64,000 bases of DNA. Source: a virus. The DNA lies in the IMG/VR virus record IMGVR_UViG_3300037258_000374, positions 1 to 64,000 of that record. One strand, written 5' to 3'. The notes under the pieces are model-generated. The model was not told where the DNA came from and searched no databases. It saw nothing but the letters and a program-made list of their open reading frames with translations. The position numbers and the translations under genes are program-made. Shown here piece after piece: positions 1 through 9,131 of the stretch (within the stretch, counting starts at the first letter, position 1; each line of letters opens with the position of its first letter).

Positions 1-193
1 CGTCGCCGACCTCAGCGTCTCCGAGGAAGGCGTAGTCGTCGGGGTCGTCGGAGAGCTGGACCTTTGGCCGCGTGCTGGAGCCGAACGCCTTCTCGCATCT
101 TCCGTCGCACGCGACCTTGGCGCGCTGTTCGCAGAAGGTGATCAGCTTCTCGAAGCGCGGACCGCCCTCGAGCTTGCGAAACTCGATGGTCAT
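1..193 (-). CDS. Phage hypothetical protein, runs off left edge (MTIEFRKLEGG...ACDGRCEKAFG...)
   Basis: Manual translation; ATGA overlap with the stop of the upstream gene at 190-193. Confidence 0.6.
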   Translation of the reverse strand, partial: MTIEFRKLEGGPRFEKLITFCEQRAKVACDGRCEKAFGSSTRPKVQLSDDPDDYAFLGDAEVGD

Positions 194-546
194 CGCTTCC
201 TCGATCCGTCGATGCGCCACTCGCGCTTGAGCGCAGCGACCTCGCGCTCGAGGTGCTTGGTCTCCGGCCTGCCGATGGTGCTGGCGAGCTCGCGGAGCGC
301 GCGCACGAGGTGAGCTTTCCGCGCCGCTCCGGCACTGATGACGAAGAGCTCGCCGCGCGCGAGCTGCTCTCGGACGTGGTGCGGCTCGCGGACCTGTCCG
401 CCGCCGCGAAACGTGACGCATGGTACGAGCGCGGCAGCCCCGCACTCCGGGCACTCGGGGAGCTTGTTGATCTTGGCGTTGACGATGTGATTCACCAGAT
501 GACCTCGTGTTGAAGTTGTGCGGTGCAGCGTGCGGGGGTCGCTCAT
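190..546 (-). CDS. Phage zinc-finger protein (CPECG..PC..HHVR)
   Basis: C-terminal part of ORF 190..921; ATGA coupling at 543-546. Confidence 0.6.
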   Translation of the reverse strand: MSDPRTLHRTTSTRGHLVNHIVNAKINKLPECPECGAAALVPCVTFRGGGQVREPHHVREQLARGELFVISAGAARKAHLVRALRELASTIGRPETKHLEREVAALKREWRIDGSRKR

Positions 547-938
547 CCCCACACCAAATCTACGAGCCCGTCGAGAGTCATTTCTCGGTCTGCGTGATAG
601 CGCTCGCGCAGGCCCTCCACCAGCTCGCGCAGCACGACCTCGGGCATGCTCGGCGGATCGCTGACCTGATCGGCGTCGATGTCGCCATCCACGCTCGACC
701 AGTAGACGCGGACCACCGATACGCTCGCCACGTCGTCGGCCTCCCACGTCACGAAGATGTGATCGGGTCCCGACGCATGCGGCTGGACGCGCAGCAGCAT
801 CGGCTGGTTTCCGACCGTGCCACCGGATCCCGTGTAGCCGCAGCGCAGGCAGCGATGGTTCGTCGAGCCGATGGGAAAGCAGCCACGATCGTGGCCACCG
901 CCGCACTTCGGGCACGTCCACCAGCAGCCGGTCACCAC
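543..938 (-). CDS. Hypothetical protein with CxxC pairs
   Basis: ORF, coupled to neighbours. Confidence 0.55.
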   Translation of the reverse strand: MVTGCWWTCPKCGGGHDRGCFPIGSTNHRCLRCGYTGSGGTVGNQPMLLRVQPHASGPDHIFVTWEADDVASVSVVRVYWSSVDGDIDADQVSDPPSMPEVVLRELVEGLRERYHADREMTLDGLVDLVWG

Positions 939-1132
939 GACACCCCCAGCACCTCGGCGGCCTCGCCCGGAGTGAGCGGCTTACAGCCCGCGATGGAATA
1001 CATCAGGCGACCGTAGCCGCTCGGATCGCCTACGATGGCGATCGCGAGGCCAGCCTCGGCAGCCGCTTCGCGGATACGGGTAGCGAGCGCCTTGCGCTCC
1101 GTCGGGCTCGTGCTCGTCGTCGTCGTCATCAT
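932..1132 (-). CDS. Small hypothetical protein, leaderless
   Basis: ATG 6 nt downstream of a -10 box. Confidence 0.6.
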   Translation of the reverse strand: MMTTTTSTSPTERKALATRIREAAAEAGLAIAIVGDPSGYGRLMYSIAGCKPLTPGEAAEVLGVSW

Positions 1133-1168
1133 GGGATTAATATAGCCATGTCCTAGCTATAAAGCAAG
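1133..1168 (-). promoter_or_regulatory. Sigma70-type leaderless promoter TTGCTT-N17-TATATT-N6-ATG
   Basis: Direct reading of the AT-rich intergenic segment. Confidence 0.7.
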
Positions 1169-1267
1169 CCCCGAGATCGCCGGAAGTTCTGGCCATATTA
1201 CGGCTAGTTCGGGTGGGCGGCTGCGAATGACCTCGGACGCGAGCCCGAGATTTGAGCACGCTGCGGG

Positions 1268-1861
1268 TCACTCCTCGATTCCGTCCTCGCTGTGCAGCGG
1301 CAGCTCCGTTTGCATCGTGCGCGCGGTCGGTGCGGTCTCGTCGTTCTTGTAACCGGGCAGGAAGCGGACGCCGACGGTATCGGCCTTGGCTGGACGCCAG
1401 ACCATGCCGCAGCCCTGACACGCGTGCGTGTGATGGCGCTTGGTAGCGAACTCGCCCTCGTCGACATGGAGCGTCCCGCACGCAGGACACGTCAGCCGCA
1501 GCGGGATCGGAGCGCCGAGCTCGTGCTCGCGAGCGAGATGCTTCGCTTGCTCGCCCATCACATCAGACCTCAGACGTGCAACGAGAGCGCGTTGACCGTC
1601 GACCTCTTCACGGAGCGCACGAGCCATGCGAACAAGCTCTGACCGCTCGGTCACGCGCAGCACATCGGCGAGCAGCGAGAGCTGATTCGTAACTCGCGCG
1701 GATTCTTCGACTGCGGCGATGAGTTCGAGCGCGATCGTCGGACGATTGCGCGCCCACTTGTCGAGTTCTACGGCGCACTCGCGACAGTTGCACAGCACGG
1801 TGCAACTGAAGCACTGCCTATGCTCTGTGCAGGCGTGCTTGTGACATGCTTCGAGCGTCAT
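1268..1861 (-). CDS. Hypothetical protein: Cys/His-rich N-terminus, coiled coil, C-terminal Zn ribbon (CPACG..HTHACQGC)
   Basis: ATGA coupling at 1858-1861. Confidence 0.6.
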   Translation of the reverse strand: MTLEACHKHACTEHRQCFSCTVLCNCRECAVELDKWARNRPTIALELIAAVEESARVTNQLSLLADVLRVTERSELVRMARALREEVDGQRALVARLRSDVMGEQAKHLAREHELGAPIPLRLTCPACGTLHVDEGEFATKRHHTHACQGCGMVWRPAKADTVGVRFLPGYKNDETAPTARTMQTELPLHSEDGIEE

Positions 1862-3090
1862 ACGCCAGCCTTCCCGCGGTCGATGTTGCGCTGCGTCTGT
1901 GCCGCCAATCCTCGAGCGGTGTGGTGCGCGATCGTGTGCTTCATGCCCATGCAGATCGACCCGGGCCCGGAGCCGCACTGCGGGCACACGACGTCGATCG
2001 CAAGCACGCCGTATTTATGCCGGCGGTCATCGGCGCTGATGCCCTGCACGATATCCCAGACCTCTGAGCACATCGGCTCGCCAGTACACGCGTGTCCGCA
2101 GGTCGGCAGATGACCGCCTATCTTGCGGCGCTCCTCGTCCGGCGGCTTGAGCTGGCCGGACTCGATGATCGCTGGGCCCGGCGCATCGTCGGCCGAGCGC
2201 TCGACGGTGACCGAACTCTGCGTCGTGATCGCGATCTTGAGCGTGCGCGACTCGTGAAGTGTCGCCGAGACGGTTCCGTCCTTGTTGCGGCATGCCTCGA
2301 ACGGCTTCGCGCCGCACTGCGGACACGGAACGTCGAAGCGGCGGTTTGCGAGACGCTCGACAGGTTCCTCGGCCTTCTCGGCGCGAGTCAGGGCCGCGTC
2401 GCGTTCGCCCATCAGACGCATCTCGCGAGCGCTGTACGCGAGCGGATCGAGATCGATCGGATGGATCGCATCCGCTCGCTCGAGATCGAGCTTCGCGTCG
2501 GCTAGCGCCCGCTCATCTTCTTGAACCGTCGCCGCGGCGTTGGCGGACAGCTGTGCCGGATCGATGCCGGAGCGTCGCGCGATGTCAATCGCCTCCGCCT
2601 CGGTGAGCACGCCGAGCTTGAGGTAGAGCCGAAGGGACGCAAGGCTGCCGGTCGCGTTCTGCGTGCGCTGCGCGATGGTCATCTCGATGCGCATGCGCTC
2701 GGCGCGGGCGAGCTTGAGAATGAGGAGCCGCGTGTGCGGATCGTGGAGATCGAATCCGCGGTCGGCCGCGCTCTCGATGTAGCCCATCGCGGCCAGGAGG
2801 TCAGCGACCAAGTTGCCGGTCGGCGGAGGCTCCGGTAGAAGCCTCTCGAGCTGCGGCGGCTTGTTGTTCGGGGCCAGCCCAACGGACAGGCAGCGGAAGT
2901 ACGCGTCGAACAGCTTCCACGCCGCGATCGGACCGCACTCGGCGAGCACCGTGATCGCCGCGAGCGCGAGCGCGGCGCCGGCAACGGCGGCGGCCGGGCG
3001 TTCCTTCTCGATCAGCTTGAGGATCTCGTCGGCCAGCTTCGGCCCGGTCTTCGTTAGATCTTCGTTGGTCATGAACGTCTTCTCGGTCAT
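1858..3090 (-). CDS. Hypothetical protein with two phage zinc-finger motifs
   Basis: 410 aa ORF with SD; CPQCGAKPFEAC and CPQCGSGPGSIC. Confidence 0.65.
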   Translation of the reverse strand: MTEKTFMTNEDLTKTGPKLADEILKLIEKERPAAAVAGAALALAAITVLAECGPIAAWKLFDAYFRCLSVGLAPNNKPPQLERLLPEPPPTGNLVADLLAAMGYIESAADRGFDLHDPHTRLLILKLARAERMRIEMTIAQRTQNATGSLASLRLYLKLGVLTEAEAIDIARRSGIDPAQLSANAAATVQEDERALADAKLDLERADAIHPIDLDPLAYSAREMRLMGERDAALTRAEKAEEPVERLANRRFDVPCPQCGAKPFEACRNKDGTVSATLHESRTLKIAITTQSSVTVERSADDAPGPAIIESGQLKPPDEERRKIGGHLPTCGHACTGEPMCSEVWDIVQGISADDRRHKYGVLAIDVVCPQCGSGPGSICMGMKHTIAHHTARGLAAQTQRNIDRGKAGV

Positions 3091-3314
3091 CGGATGCTCC
3101 TTGCTAGTCGGATAAGCGCTTGCTTGAGCGGCGAGCGTTTGCGGAAGTGGCGGTTGTGGATCCCGAGGAAGCCGCGAGATCGAAGCTCGGCGATGCCGCG
3201 CGGATCGGTGTCGCCAGGAAGCGCGAGCGGGCGCGGCCAGTAGGCGGCATCGTGACGCCCCTGCTCGGCCTGGAGCATGCGCCGGTGCGGCAGGCCGTAG
3301 CTATCGAGTCCCAT
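3087..3314 (-). CDS. Hypothetical protein
   Basis: ORF coupled to the 3090 start. Confidence 0.4.
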   Translation of the reverse strand: MGLDSYGLPHRRMLQAEQGRHDAAYWPRPLALPGDTDPRGIAELRSRGFLGIHNRHFRKRSPLKQALIRLARSIR

Positions 3315-3471
3315 CGGTCCCCGTGAACGATTCCAGCAGCTTGACGCGATGTTCCTGCCACTTCCTGAGGAGCTCGGGCGTCGCGCCGTATCGGCCTGTC
3401 GGAATGTCCTCTATCAGTAGCGAAATCATGCGGTCGACGTAGACGATATCGGTGCTCGGCGGCGTGTTCAT
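3301..3471 (-). CDS. Hypothetical protein
   Basis: ATGA coupling, SD GAGG. Confidence 0.45.
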   Translation of the reverse strand: MNTPPSTDIVYVDRMISLLIEDIPTGRYGATPELLRKWQEHRVKLLESFTGTDGTR

Positions 3472-3683
3472 GTGGACCTCTTGAGTTCGTCGATCACTGC
3501 ATCGGTCGCCTTGTCGCTGGCGTGCTTCGCCGCGCGCTCGGACAGCGTTGCGTAGTGCGCGCGGCGCACGCGCGAGACGTGGTGGCCGGTCTTCGTGCGC
3601 GCCTCGTCGCCGACGCCGACATCGCGGCACTTGGCGCCGGGCTCGGCGTGGCAGTTCGGGCAGATCAACGCGAGCGCCCTCAC
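3468..3683 (-). CDS. Phage zinc-finger protein (CPNCHAEPGAKC..HVSR)
   Basis: GTGA coupling; motif. Confidence 0.55.
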   Translation of the reverse strand: MRALALICPNCHAEPGAKCRDVGVGDEARTKTGHHVSRVRRAHYATLSERAAKHASDKATDAVIDELKRST

Positions 3684-3982
3684 AGATCGAACTCCTTGCG
3701 CCAAGCGGCGATCTGCTCGCGCCGCTCGCTCACGGCGAAAGTGTTCAGCATGCGCGCGCCCTCGGCGACCGACAGCAGATGGCTGTAGTCATGCAGCGCG
3801 AAGGTCAGGGCATTCCGCAGCAGATCGACGGCCTCCTGCATGATCGAAGGAGCCTCCTGCGCGAGGGGCGACCTCAGCTTCGCGCGAAGCCCCTCGATCG
3901 CGACCGCATCGATGTCGTTGTAGTCGCTCGCGAGGCGACCCAGCGCGAGATCGATGATGTCTCGTTCGGGCTGCTCGAACAT
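3680..3982 (-). CDS. Hypothetical protein
   Basis: ORF, coupled. Confidence 0.5.
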   Translation of the reverse strand: MFEQPERDIIDLALGRLASDYNDIDAVAIEGLRAKLRSPLAQEAPSIMQEAVDLLRNALTFALHDYSHLLSVAEGARMLNTFAVSERREQIAAWRKEFDL

Positions 3983-4428
3983 CACAGGCCGCCAAGGCTG
4001 CGGAGCTCGTGGCACGTAGCGCACGTCGCGGACGCCGCGCCGCCATCGGATCGGCATTCGTTGCACAGCGGAGGATTGCGGAGTGCGAGCTGGATGGATT
4101 CCATCAGCTCGGCCGCGAACCCCGCGCTGCTGTTGTGTTCCGAATGCTGGAGAACCTGCATGCGCGCGATCTTGTCGGTCAAGAACAGATCGACATGCCG
4201 GATCGTTATCTCGAGCACGACGGCCTTCGCTTCGAGCTTCGCGATGGCATTCGCCAGTTCGGCGCGGTCGGGCAGCGCTTGGTCAGCACGCGTCTCGGCG
4301 AGGAGCTGCTCCTGCTTGTCGAGGCGCTCGATCAGCGGCGCGATTCCCGAGGCGATGGCTCGGCGCATCTCGACCCGATACTTGTCCATCGGCTCCGGCG
4401 TGGGCTCTTCATTGTCGAACTCGGGCAT
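3982..4428 (-). CDS. Coiled-coil protein with C-terminal CxxC pairs
   Basis: ORF with AAGGAG SD. Confidence 0.55.
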   Translation of the reverse strand: MPEFDNEEPTPEPMDKYRVEMRRAIASGIAPLIERLDKQEQLLAETRADQALPDRAELANAIAKLEAKAVVLEITIRHVDLFLTDKIARMQVLQHSEHNSSAGFAAELMESIQLALRNPPLCNECRSDGGAASATCATCHELRSLGGL

Positions 4429-4743
4429 CTAGCGCTCCTTCCGCCGCTTCCGCGGCTTGCATTCTCCGTCATGTCCGCGCGTGCGCGCGCACTTGAACAT
4501 CGGCCGATCGGCGCGCGCGACCGTGATTCCGCATCGATTGCTTCGCGTCATCCGCGGAACGTTGTCAGCCGCCCAGACGGCGCCGAGCCACGCGTCAATC
4601 GCGACATCGAATTTGATCGCGGCGCGCACGATGCGGCCGATCACGATGCCTGCAGCTCGATGGCTGGCTATCGGCGCGAGCAGGAATTCGAGCATCGACA
4701 TCCGCACATGCGCGGCATCGGTGAGCGGCATGCGTCCGCTCAT
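4429..4743 (-). CDS. Hypothetical protein ending RKRRKER
   Basis: ATGA coupling at 4740-4743. Confidence 0.45.
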   Translation of the reverse strand: MSGRMPLTDAAHVRMSMLEFLLAPIASHRAAGIVIGRIVRAAIKFDVAIDAWLGAVWAADNVPRMTRSNRCGITVARADRPMFKCARTRGHDGECKPRKRRKER

Positions 4744-5186
4744 CGCAGATGCCTCGCCCGGCATTCGGCGCGCGCGATTTCATCGCAGGAGCGGTAGCAG
4801 TGGTGGCCATCGCAATCGGCGCACGCGAGTTGTGGATGGCCATTGTCGCACTCGGTGAACGGATCCGAAGTCTCTTCGCTGCGGCCTTCGACGCCCATCT
4901 GCCGCACGGTGTCGATGTAGCCGCGCCATGCGCACCGCTCCATCTCGAAGCGCAGTTCGGGCGGCAGCTCGTCGCGCCTCGCCGGGTACCCATCGTCGAC
5001 GAACGCCTCGATGGTGGCCTCGCGATCGGCGCTGACGGCGTCATTGTCATTCCACGTGATCCTGACGACGCCGTCGCCGAACATCCCGACGACGACGCCT
5101 ACGCGCGCGCCAGAGCGAACGCGGTCCCCAACCGATATCCGACAGCGCTCACCGCCGGGCCCGACGATAGGCATCCAGCGCTTCAT
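4740..5186 (-). CDS. Hypothetical protein (SH3/KOW-like start, Cys-rich end)
   Basis: ORF with AAGGAG SD. Confidence 0.5.
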   Translation of the reverse strand: MKRWMPIVGPGGERCRISVGDRVRSGARVGVVVGMFGDGVVRITWNDNDAVSADREATIEAFVDDGYPARRDELPPELRFEMERCAWRGYIDTVRQMGVEGRSEETSDPFTECDNGHPQLACADCDGHHCYRSCDEIARAECRARHLR

Positions 5187-5342
5187 CTAGCGCTCCTTCC
5201 GCTTTTTCCGCTTCCGCAGCACAGCGTCCAGCTTGCGTTCGATCCGCTTGAGATGGTTCATCTGCTCATCGTGGAGTTGACAGATGACCCGCCTGAGTTG
5301 GTTCGATAGCCACGTCTGGATGCCGGTTTCATCAGCACTCAT
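5187..5342 (-). CDS. Small protein ending RKRKKRKER
   Basis: ATGA coupling at 5339-5342. Confidence 0.5.
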   Translation of the reverse strand: MSADETGIQTWLSNQLRRVICQLHDEQMNHLKRIERKLDAVLRKRKKRKER

Positions 5343-5695
5343 GGTCTTTGCCTTAGTGCGGCTTGTCGCGCCGCAATCGTTTTGCGCTGCTCTTCTTCGG
5401 TCTCCCACGCCTCGAGCGCAGCTACCGCGCGTTCGCGATACTGCTCCTTGATGCCGAGCGGGACCGCGAACCACTGCGCCGCGAGCTCGCCGCGAGCAGT
5501 CGCGTCCTCGGCGTGGATGACCTCGCTCGCGATGAAGTCGAGCGGTGACTGGTGGGCGGCAACGAATGCGGTCCACTCCGTCATCGACACAGCCATCACG
5601 CCGACCGCAACGCCATCCGCGAGTTGCACGGTGATGCGCACGCGGTTGTCTTCGAGCGCCTCGGGCTCGAAGGTCAGCGGTCCGATGGTGATCAC
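5339..5695 (-). CDS. Hypothetical protein
   Basis: ORF, coupled. Confidence 0.55.
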   Translation of the reverse strand: MITIGPLTFEPEALEDNRVRITVQLADGVAVGVMAVSMTEWTAFVAAHQSPLDFIASEVIHAEDATARGELAAQWFAVPLGIKEQYRERAVAALEAWETEEEQRKTIAARQAALRQRP

Positions 5696-5892
5696 CGGAC
5701 ACCCAGCAGCGCGAGCTGGCTCGGCTGTGCGTTCGCAGCTCCGCAGTCGTCGATGTCGTGGTCGAGTTCGATCAGCTCGCCGTGTCGGTTGAAGGCGAGG
5801 AGCTTGCGGCCGGGCAGTCCCCTGGCTAGCCGCTTGTCACGATACGGTGCTACATTCTTCAGCATCGAGCCTCCAGTTTCAGGTTCGGTCAT
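5692..5892 (-). CDS. Hypothetical protein
   Basis: ORF, coupled. Confidence 0.45.
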   Translation of the reverse strand: MTEPETGGSMLKNVAPYRDKRLARGLPGRKLLAFNRHGELIELDHDIDDCGAANAQPSQLALLGVR

Positions 5893-5941
5893 GGGCCCGA
5901 GCGTTGACGCGCTGCGGGCCCGATTTGCGGTCGGCGGTCAG

Positions 5942-6115
5942 CTACTGCGCAAGAGCCTTCTCGGCTTCGGCGAGCGCAGCCTGGAGCGTGAACGATGACA
6001 CGCTGAGTCCGCGCGCGTTGGCGGCGGCGGTGATCTTCTTCTTCTGATCGCCGGGCACGAGGACGCGAATCATCTCGTCCTTGCGGACCTGCTTCCGAAC
6101 CTTGGGGCGTGACAT
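5942..6115 (-). CDS. Ribbon-helix-helix (DUF1778/Arc-like) regulator
   Basis: IRVLV..QKKKITAAANARGLSVSSF pattern; AAGGAG SD. Confidence 0.7.
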   Translation of the reverse strand: MSRPKVRKQVRKDEMIRVLVPGDQKKKITAAANARGLSVSSFTLQAALAEAEKALAQ

Positions 6116-6239
6116 GTCTTTGCTCCTTGTATCGCTGGAATATGGCCTGGTCAAGTCCTAGCTATGGTAAGGGCGCGCCATAGACGACCTTGGCTGATCG
6201 TGCGACCACATCTTAGGCGCGAGGATGCCGCCAAGTGGG

Positions 6240-6584
6240 CTAGCGCCCTGTCTGCGGACAACCGTCGCCGCCCGGACATCCGACCACGCCCTCGCCGGGG
6301 AGCGTCTCGATGTCCCACCCCTTGCGATGCGTGTGCAGCCACGAGGCGATCTCGCGAACCGCATCGGCCTGTACCGATGGGGAGTGTCCGGCGCGGATCG
6401 CGCTCTGGATCAGTACCTGGCCGCCAGGCATGTATCCAATGGCCTGGAGATGCGGCCCGTCGGAGGTGAGCGTGTTCTTCACCATGTCGTTCTCTTTGAC
6501 GAGAGTCACGCGAACGTTGTGAACTCTGATCGTGATTAAGGTCGGCGAGCCCTTGGGCGCCCTCTGGGTGGTCATCTTGGCCAT
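6240..6584 (-). CDS. Hypothetical protein, leaderless
   Basis: ATG 6 nt after a -10 box. Confidence 0.6.
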   Translation of the reverse strand: MAKMTTQRAPKGSPTLITIRVHNVRVTLVKENDMVKNTLTSDGPHLQAIGYMPGGQVLIQSAIRAGHSPSVQADAVREIASWLHTHRKGWDIETLPGEGVVGCPGGDGCPQTGR

Positions 6585-6619
6585 GGGATGAATATAGCCA
6601 TATCCGTACCGGGTGTCAA
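6585..6619 (-). promoter_or_regulatory. Near-consensus sigma70 leaderless promoter TTGACA-N17-TATATT-N6-ATG
   Basis: Direct reading. Confidence 0.8.
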
Positions 6620-6657
6620 CTTCCTGTGCATGGTCGCAGTGAGCGACCTCGCAGATG

Positions 6658-7604
6658 TCAGGCGGCATTGCACACGCAATCGTTGATGTCGTCGAGCGCC
6701 TCGCCATCTAGGTCTGCCGGATCGAACGCCAGCATCGGCTGCTGAGACATCTCAAGCAGCGTGTGATAGCGCGGTGAATCGATGCGGAACGGATGACTCC
6801 GCGTCTCGGGCGGTCGGTTGTCGCGTGGCGCGAGCTCGTAGAATTCATCCCCAAGTTCGAACGCTGGCTGCGCACTGCTACTGATGGCCTTTGGCTTCTT
6901 GGCGATGCGCAACGGTTTGCGAGGGACACGCTGCTCCTGCTCCTGCATTCGGCAAGCTCCGGCCAATCGCGCATGATCCGCATCCGCTTGGCTCGGCCCT
7001 TGAGGAAACACAGATCGCAGTTACCCTCCCACTTCTTGAGTTGGAGATCGAACGGCTGCGCGCGCCAGAACGCATCGACATCTGCCACGGTAAGACCAGC
7101 GTCGGCGAGCGGCATCGACACGTCCCAGCGACCACCGCTGTCGTTGCGATTGCGGAGTTTGGAGACGCGTCGCGGCTCGTCGGCTCGCAGCCCGACGATA
7201 TTTGTCCAGTGCTCGTAGCCGCGCGCGAGCATCCACCCCTTCATCGCGCGAATCTTGAGATCGGTGGTGCAGAACCTAGTCACCGGATTCGGCAGATAGT
7301 TGCGGTCCAAAATCAGCCGAGCAAACGGCTCACCGTCTCGCGATGCGGTCTCGAACGTGACCTCGCGATAGTGGTGCTCGGAGTCCGGATCGCGCTCGAC
7401 CCAATGGATCGGCACGCGCCATCGCGTCTCGATCTCGTGGACAAAGTCGAGCGTCTCCTTGCGCTCCTTGCCGGTATTTGCGAATAGCACGTGCACATCA
7501 TCGGCGAGCCCAGCATTGAGGCACCGATGCAGCATGAAGCCGGACGTGCGACCACCCGAGAATGACAACTTCGCAGGTCCTACGATTTTGAATGGGTCAC
7601 GCAT
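6658..7604 (-). pseudogene. PAPS-reductase-family (PP-loop) phage protein, frameshifted near 6946
   Basis: SFSGGRTS, FANTGKE, GLRADE, GNCDLCFLK; the family-like C-terminus (FRIDSPRY..DCVC) continues in another frame. Confidence 0.7.
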
Positions 7605-7612
7605 CGTCGTAA

Positions 7613-8956
7613 TTATCCCCTTATCGGCATCTCAAGCGGCATCATCAGCGAGAGCTGAGCCGTGGACTCGGTCCCAGAGGATGACGAAGGCGACCGCCGC
7701 CGCGTGCGAGACGACGCCGTTGCCGAGTAGGTGGAGTTCGTCTGCATAGGCACTGTCGACCATCCCGAAGGCAATCCCATCATCCATCCCACGAACGCAG
7801 GGCTCAGGCGCGCGGCTCCACTCCCAGTGCTCTCGCCCGAGTTCGGCGATGCGCCCGATCTTTTCGATGGTGTGTCGAGACCACGTACCGCCACATCCGT
7901 CAGCGTTGCGCCCGCGTTGCGTCCGCTCTCCGGAGTCCAGTTGCCCGCGGTCCCGCTCGCTCGCGCGTCCTGCGCCGTAGGCGTCGGTAACGTCCCGCGA
8001 TTCCGCAGTCGGTTGATAGCCTCCGGCAGCGTCGGGCCTTCCTTCCCGTCGCGCTCTGGGATCGACTGCGCTCCTTTGGTCGCGTCCGATGCGCGCGGCG
8101 TCGGCAGTCGCGTCGCTGCCGATAGCAGCGTCAGCGGCTGGACGCCGGCTTCCGTCGTGCGGTCGTGACCGCTCCGATGTACGTTCGGCTTCGTCGTTGG
8201 CGTCGGTAGCAGCGCCTGCGCGATCGCCGCAGCCAGCGTCGGGTGCTCGTTCGGCTTGCGACGTGCCTCGGCCTCCGTCACTCGCCGCTTCGAATCGGTC
8301 GCGGTCGGCGTCGGCAAGAGTCCGCGCCGAGCTGCTGTCACGAGACTTAGTCGGGCGGCGCTTGGACGCTCGCGCTCCCCTCCGATCCCGTTGATCCCGT
8401 TCTGGCTGGAGCCGTACTGCGAGGCGCTCGGCGTCGGCAGCAAACAGGAAGAGACGATCTCGGAGGTGCGGGGCACCGACGGCTGCAGCGGAAACACAGT
8501 CCCAGCTCGCAGCCCACCCGCGCGCGCCCAGGTCCCGGAGGATCGCCTCGAACGCTCGGCCTCGATTAATGCTGAGGAGTCCGGGGACGTTTTCGAAGAA
8601 GAGCCACGGCGCGCCGGTTTCGATTGTGATCCGCCAGACGTCGGGCCAGAGCCATCGCGCGTCATCGACCCCGAGCCGTTTGCCTGCGACCGAAGCGCCT
8701 TGGCAAGGGAATCCGGCAGCGACGAGATCCACTCGGTCGCGATACGCCGTGCCATCGAAGGATTCCAGATCGTCGAAGATAGGGGCCATATCCAGGGCAC
8801 CTTCGACCATTCGACTTGCGAGGACGGCAGCTGCATAGGCTTGCCGCTCGACAGCACCCACAAGTCGAATTCCGGGCACAGCGAGAGCGATGGCTCGTTC
8901 GAGACCGCCATATCCGGCGCAGAGGGAGAGGACAGTCCGGGGACAAAGAGCAGCAT
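7613..8956 (-). CDS. Overlapping alternate-frame ORF with 5 LPTP repeats and motif-IX-like LSPAFVGWMMGLPSGW (putative MTase beta subunit; true start unknown)
   Basis: 447-codon open frame nested in the MTase gene. Confidence 0.6.
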   Translation of the reverse strand: MLLFVPGLSSPSAPDMAVSNEPSLSLCPEFDLWVLSSGKPMQLPSSQVEWSKVPWIWPLSSTIWNPSMARRIATEWISSLPDSLAKALRSQANGSGSMTRDGSGPTSGGSQSKPARRGSSSKTSPDSSALIEAERSRRSSGTWARAGGLRAGTVFPLQPSVPRTSEIVSSCLLPTPSASQYGSSQNGINGIGGERERPSAARLSLVTAARRGLLPTPTATDSKRRVTEAEARRKPNEHPTLAAAIAQALLPTPTTKPNVHRSGHDRTTEAGVQPLTLLSAATRLPTPRASDATKGAQSIPERDGKEGPTLPEAINRLRNRGTLPTPTAQDARASGTAGNWTPESGRNAGATLTDVAVRGLDTPSKRSGASPNSGESTGSGAARLSPAFVGWMMGLPSGWSTVPMQTNSTYSATASSRTRRRSPSSSSGTESTAQLSLMMPLEMPIRG

Positions 8957-8963
8957 CGATCAC
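7632..8963 (-). CDS. DNA cytosine-5 methyltransferase (alpha frame)
   Basis: Motifs SLCAGYGG, AGFPCQ, ENV, PHLRDR, LGNGVV. Confidence 0.85.
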   Translation of the reverse strand: MIDAALCPRTVLSLCAGYGGLERAIALAVPGIRLVGAVERQAYAAAVLASRMVEGALDMAPIFDDLESFDGTAYRDRVDLVAAGFPCQGASVAGKRLGVDDARWLWPDVWRITIETGAPWLFFENVPGLLSINRGRAFEAILRDLGARGWAASWDCVSAAAVGAPHLRDRLFLFAADAERLAVRLQPERDQRDRRGARASKRRPTKSRDSSSARTLADADRDRFEAASDGGRGTSQAERAPDAGCGDRAGAATDANDEAERTSERSRPHDGSRRPAADAAIGSDATADAARIGRDQRSAVDPRARREGRPDAAGGYQPTAESRDVTDAYGAGRASERDRGQLDSGERTQRGRNADGCGGTWSRHTIEKIGRIAELGREHWEWSRAPEPCVRGMDDGIAFGMVDSAYADELHLLGNGVVSHAAAVAFVILWDRVHGSALADDAA

Positions 8964-9131
8964 CGACCGCGAGGCTACCGTTCCCGTCTGACGCTCACGG
9001 CACAGCCGCCACAACCTCGGCGGCGAGCGGCCCCATCTGCCACTCGGTACCACCGCTCAGCGCTCCAGCGGCGCTCTGCGATGTACATGCGGCGTGCCTT
9101 GATCAGGCTGCCATTCGCACGGCTCAAATGC

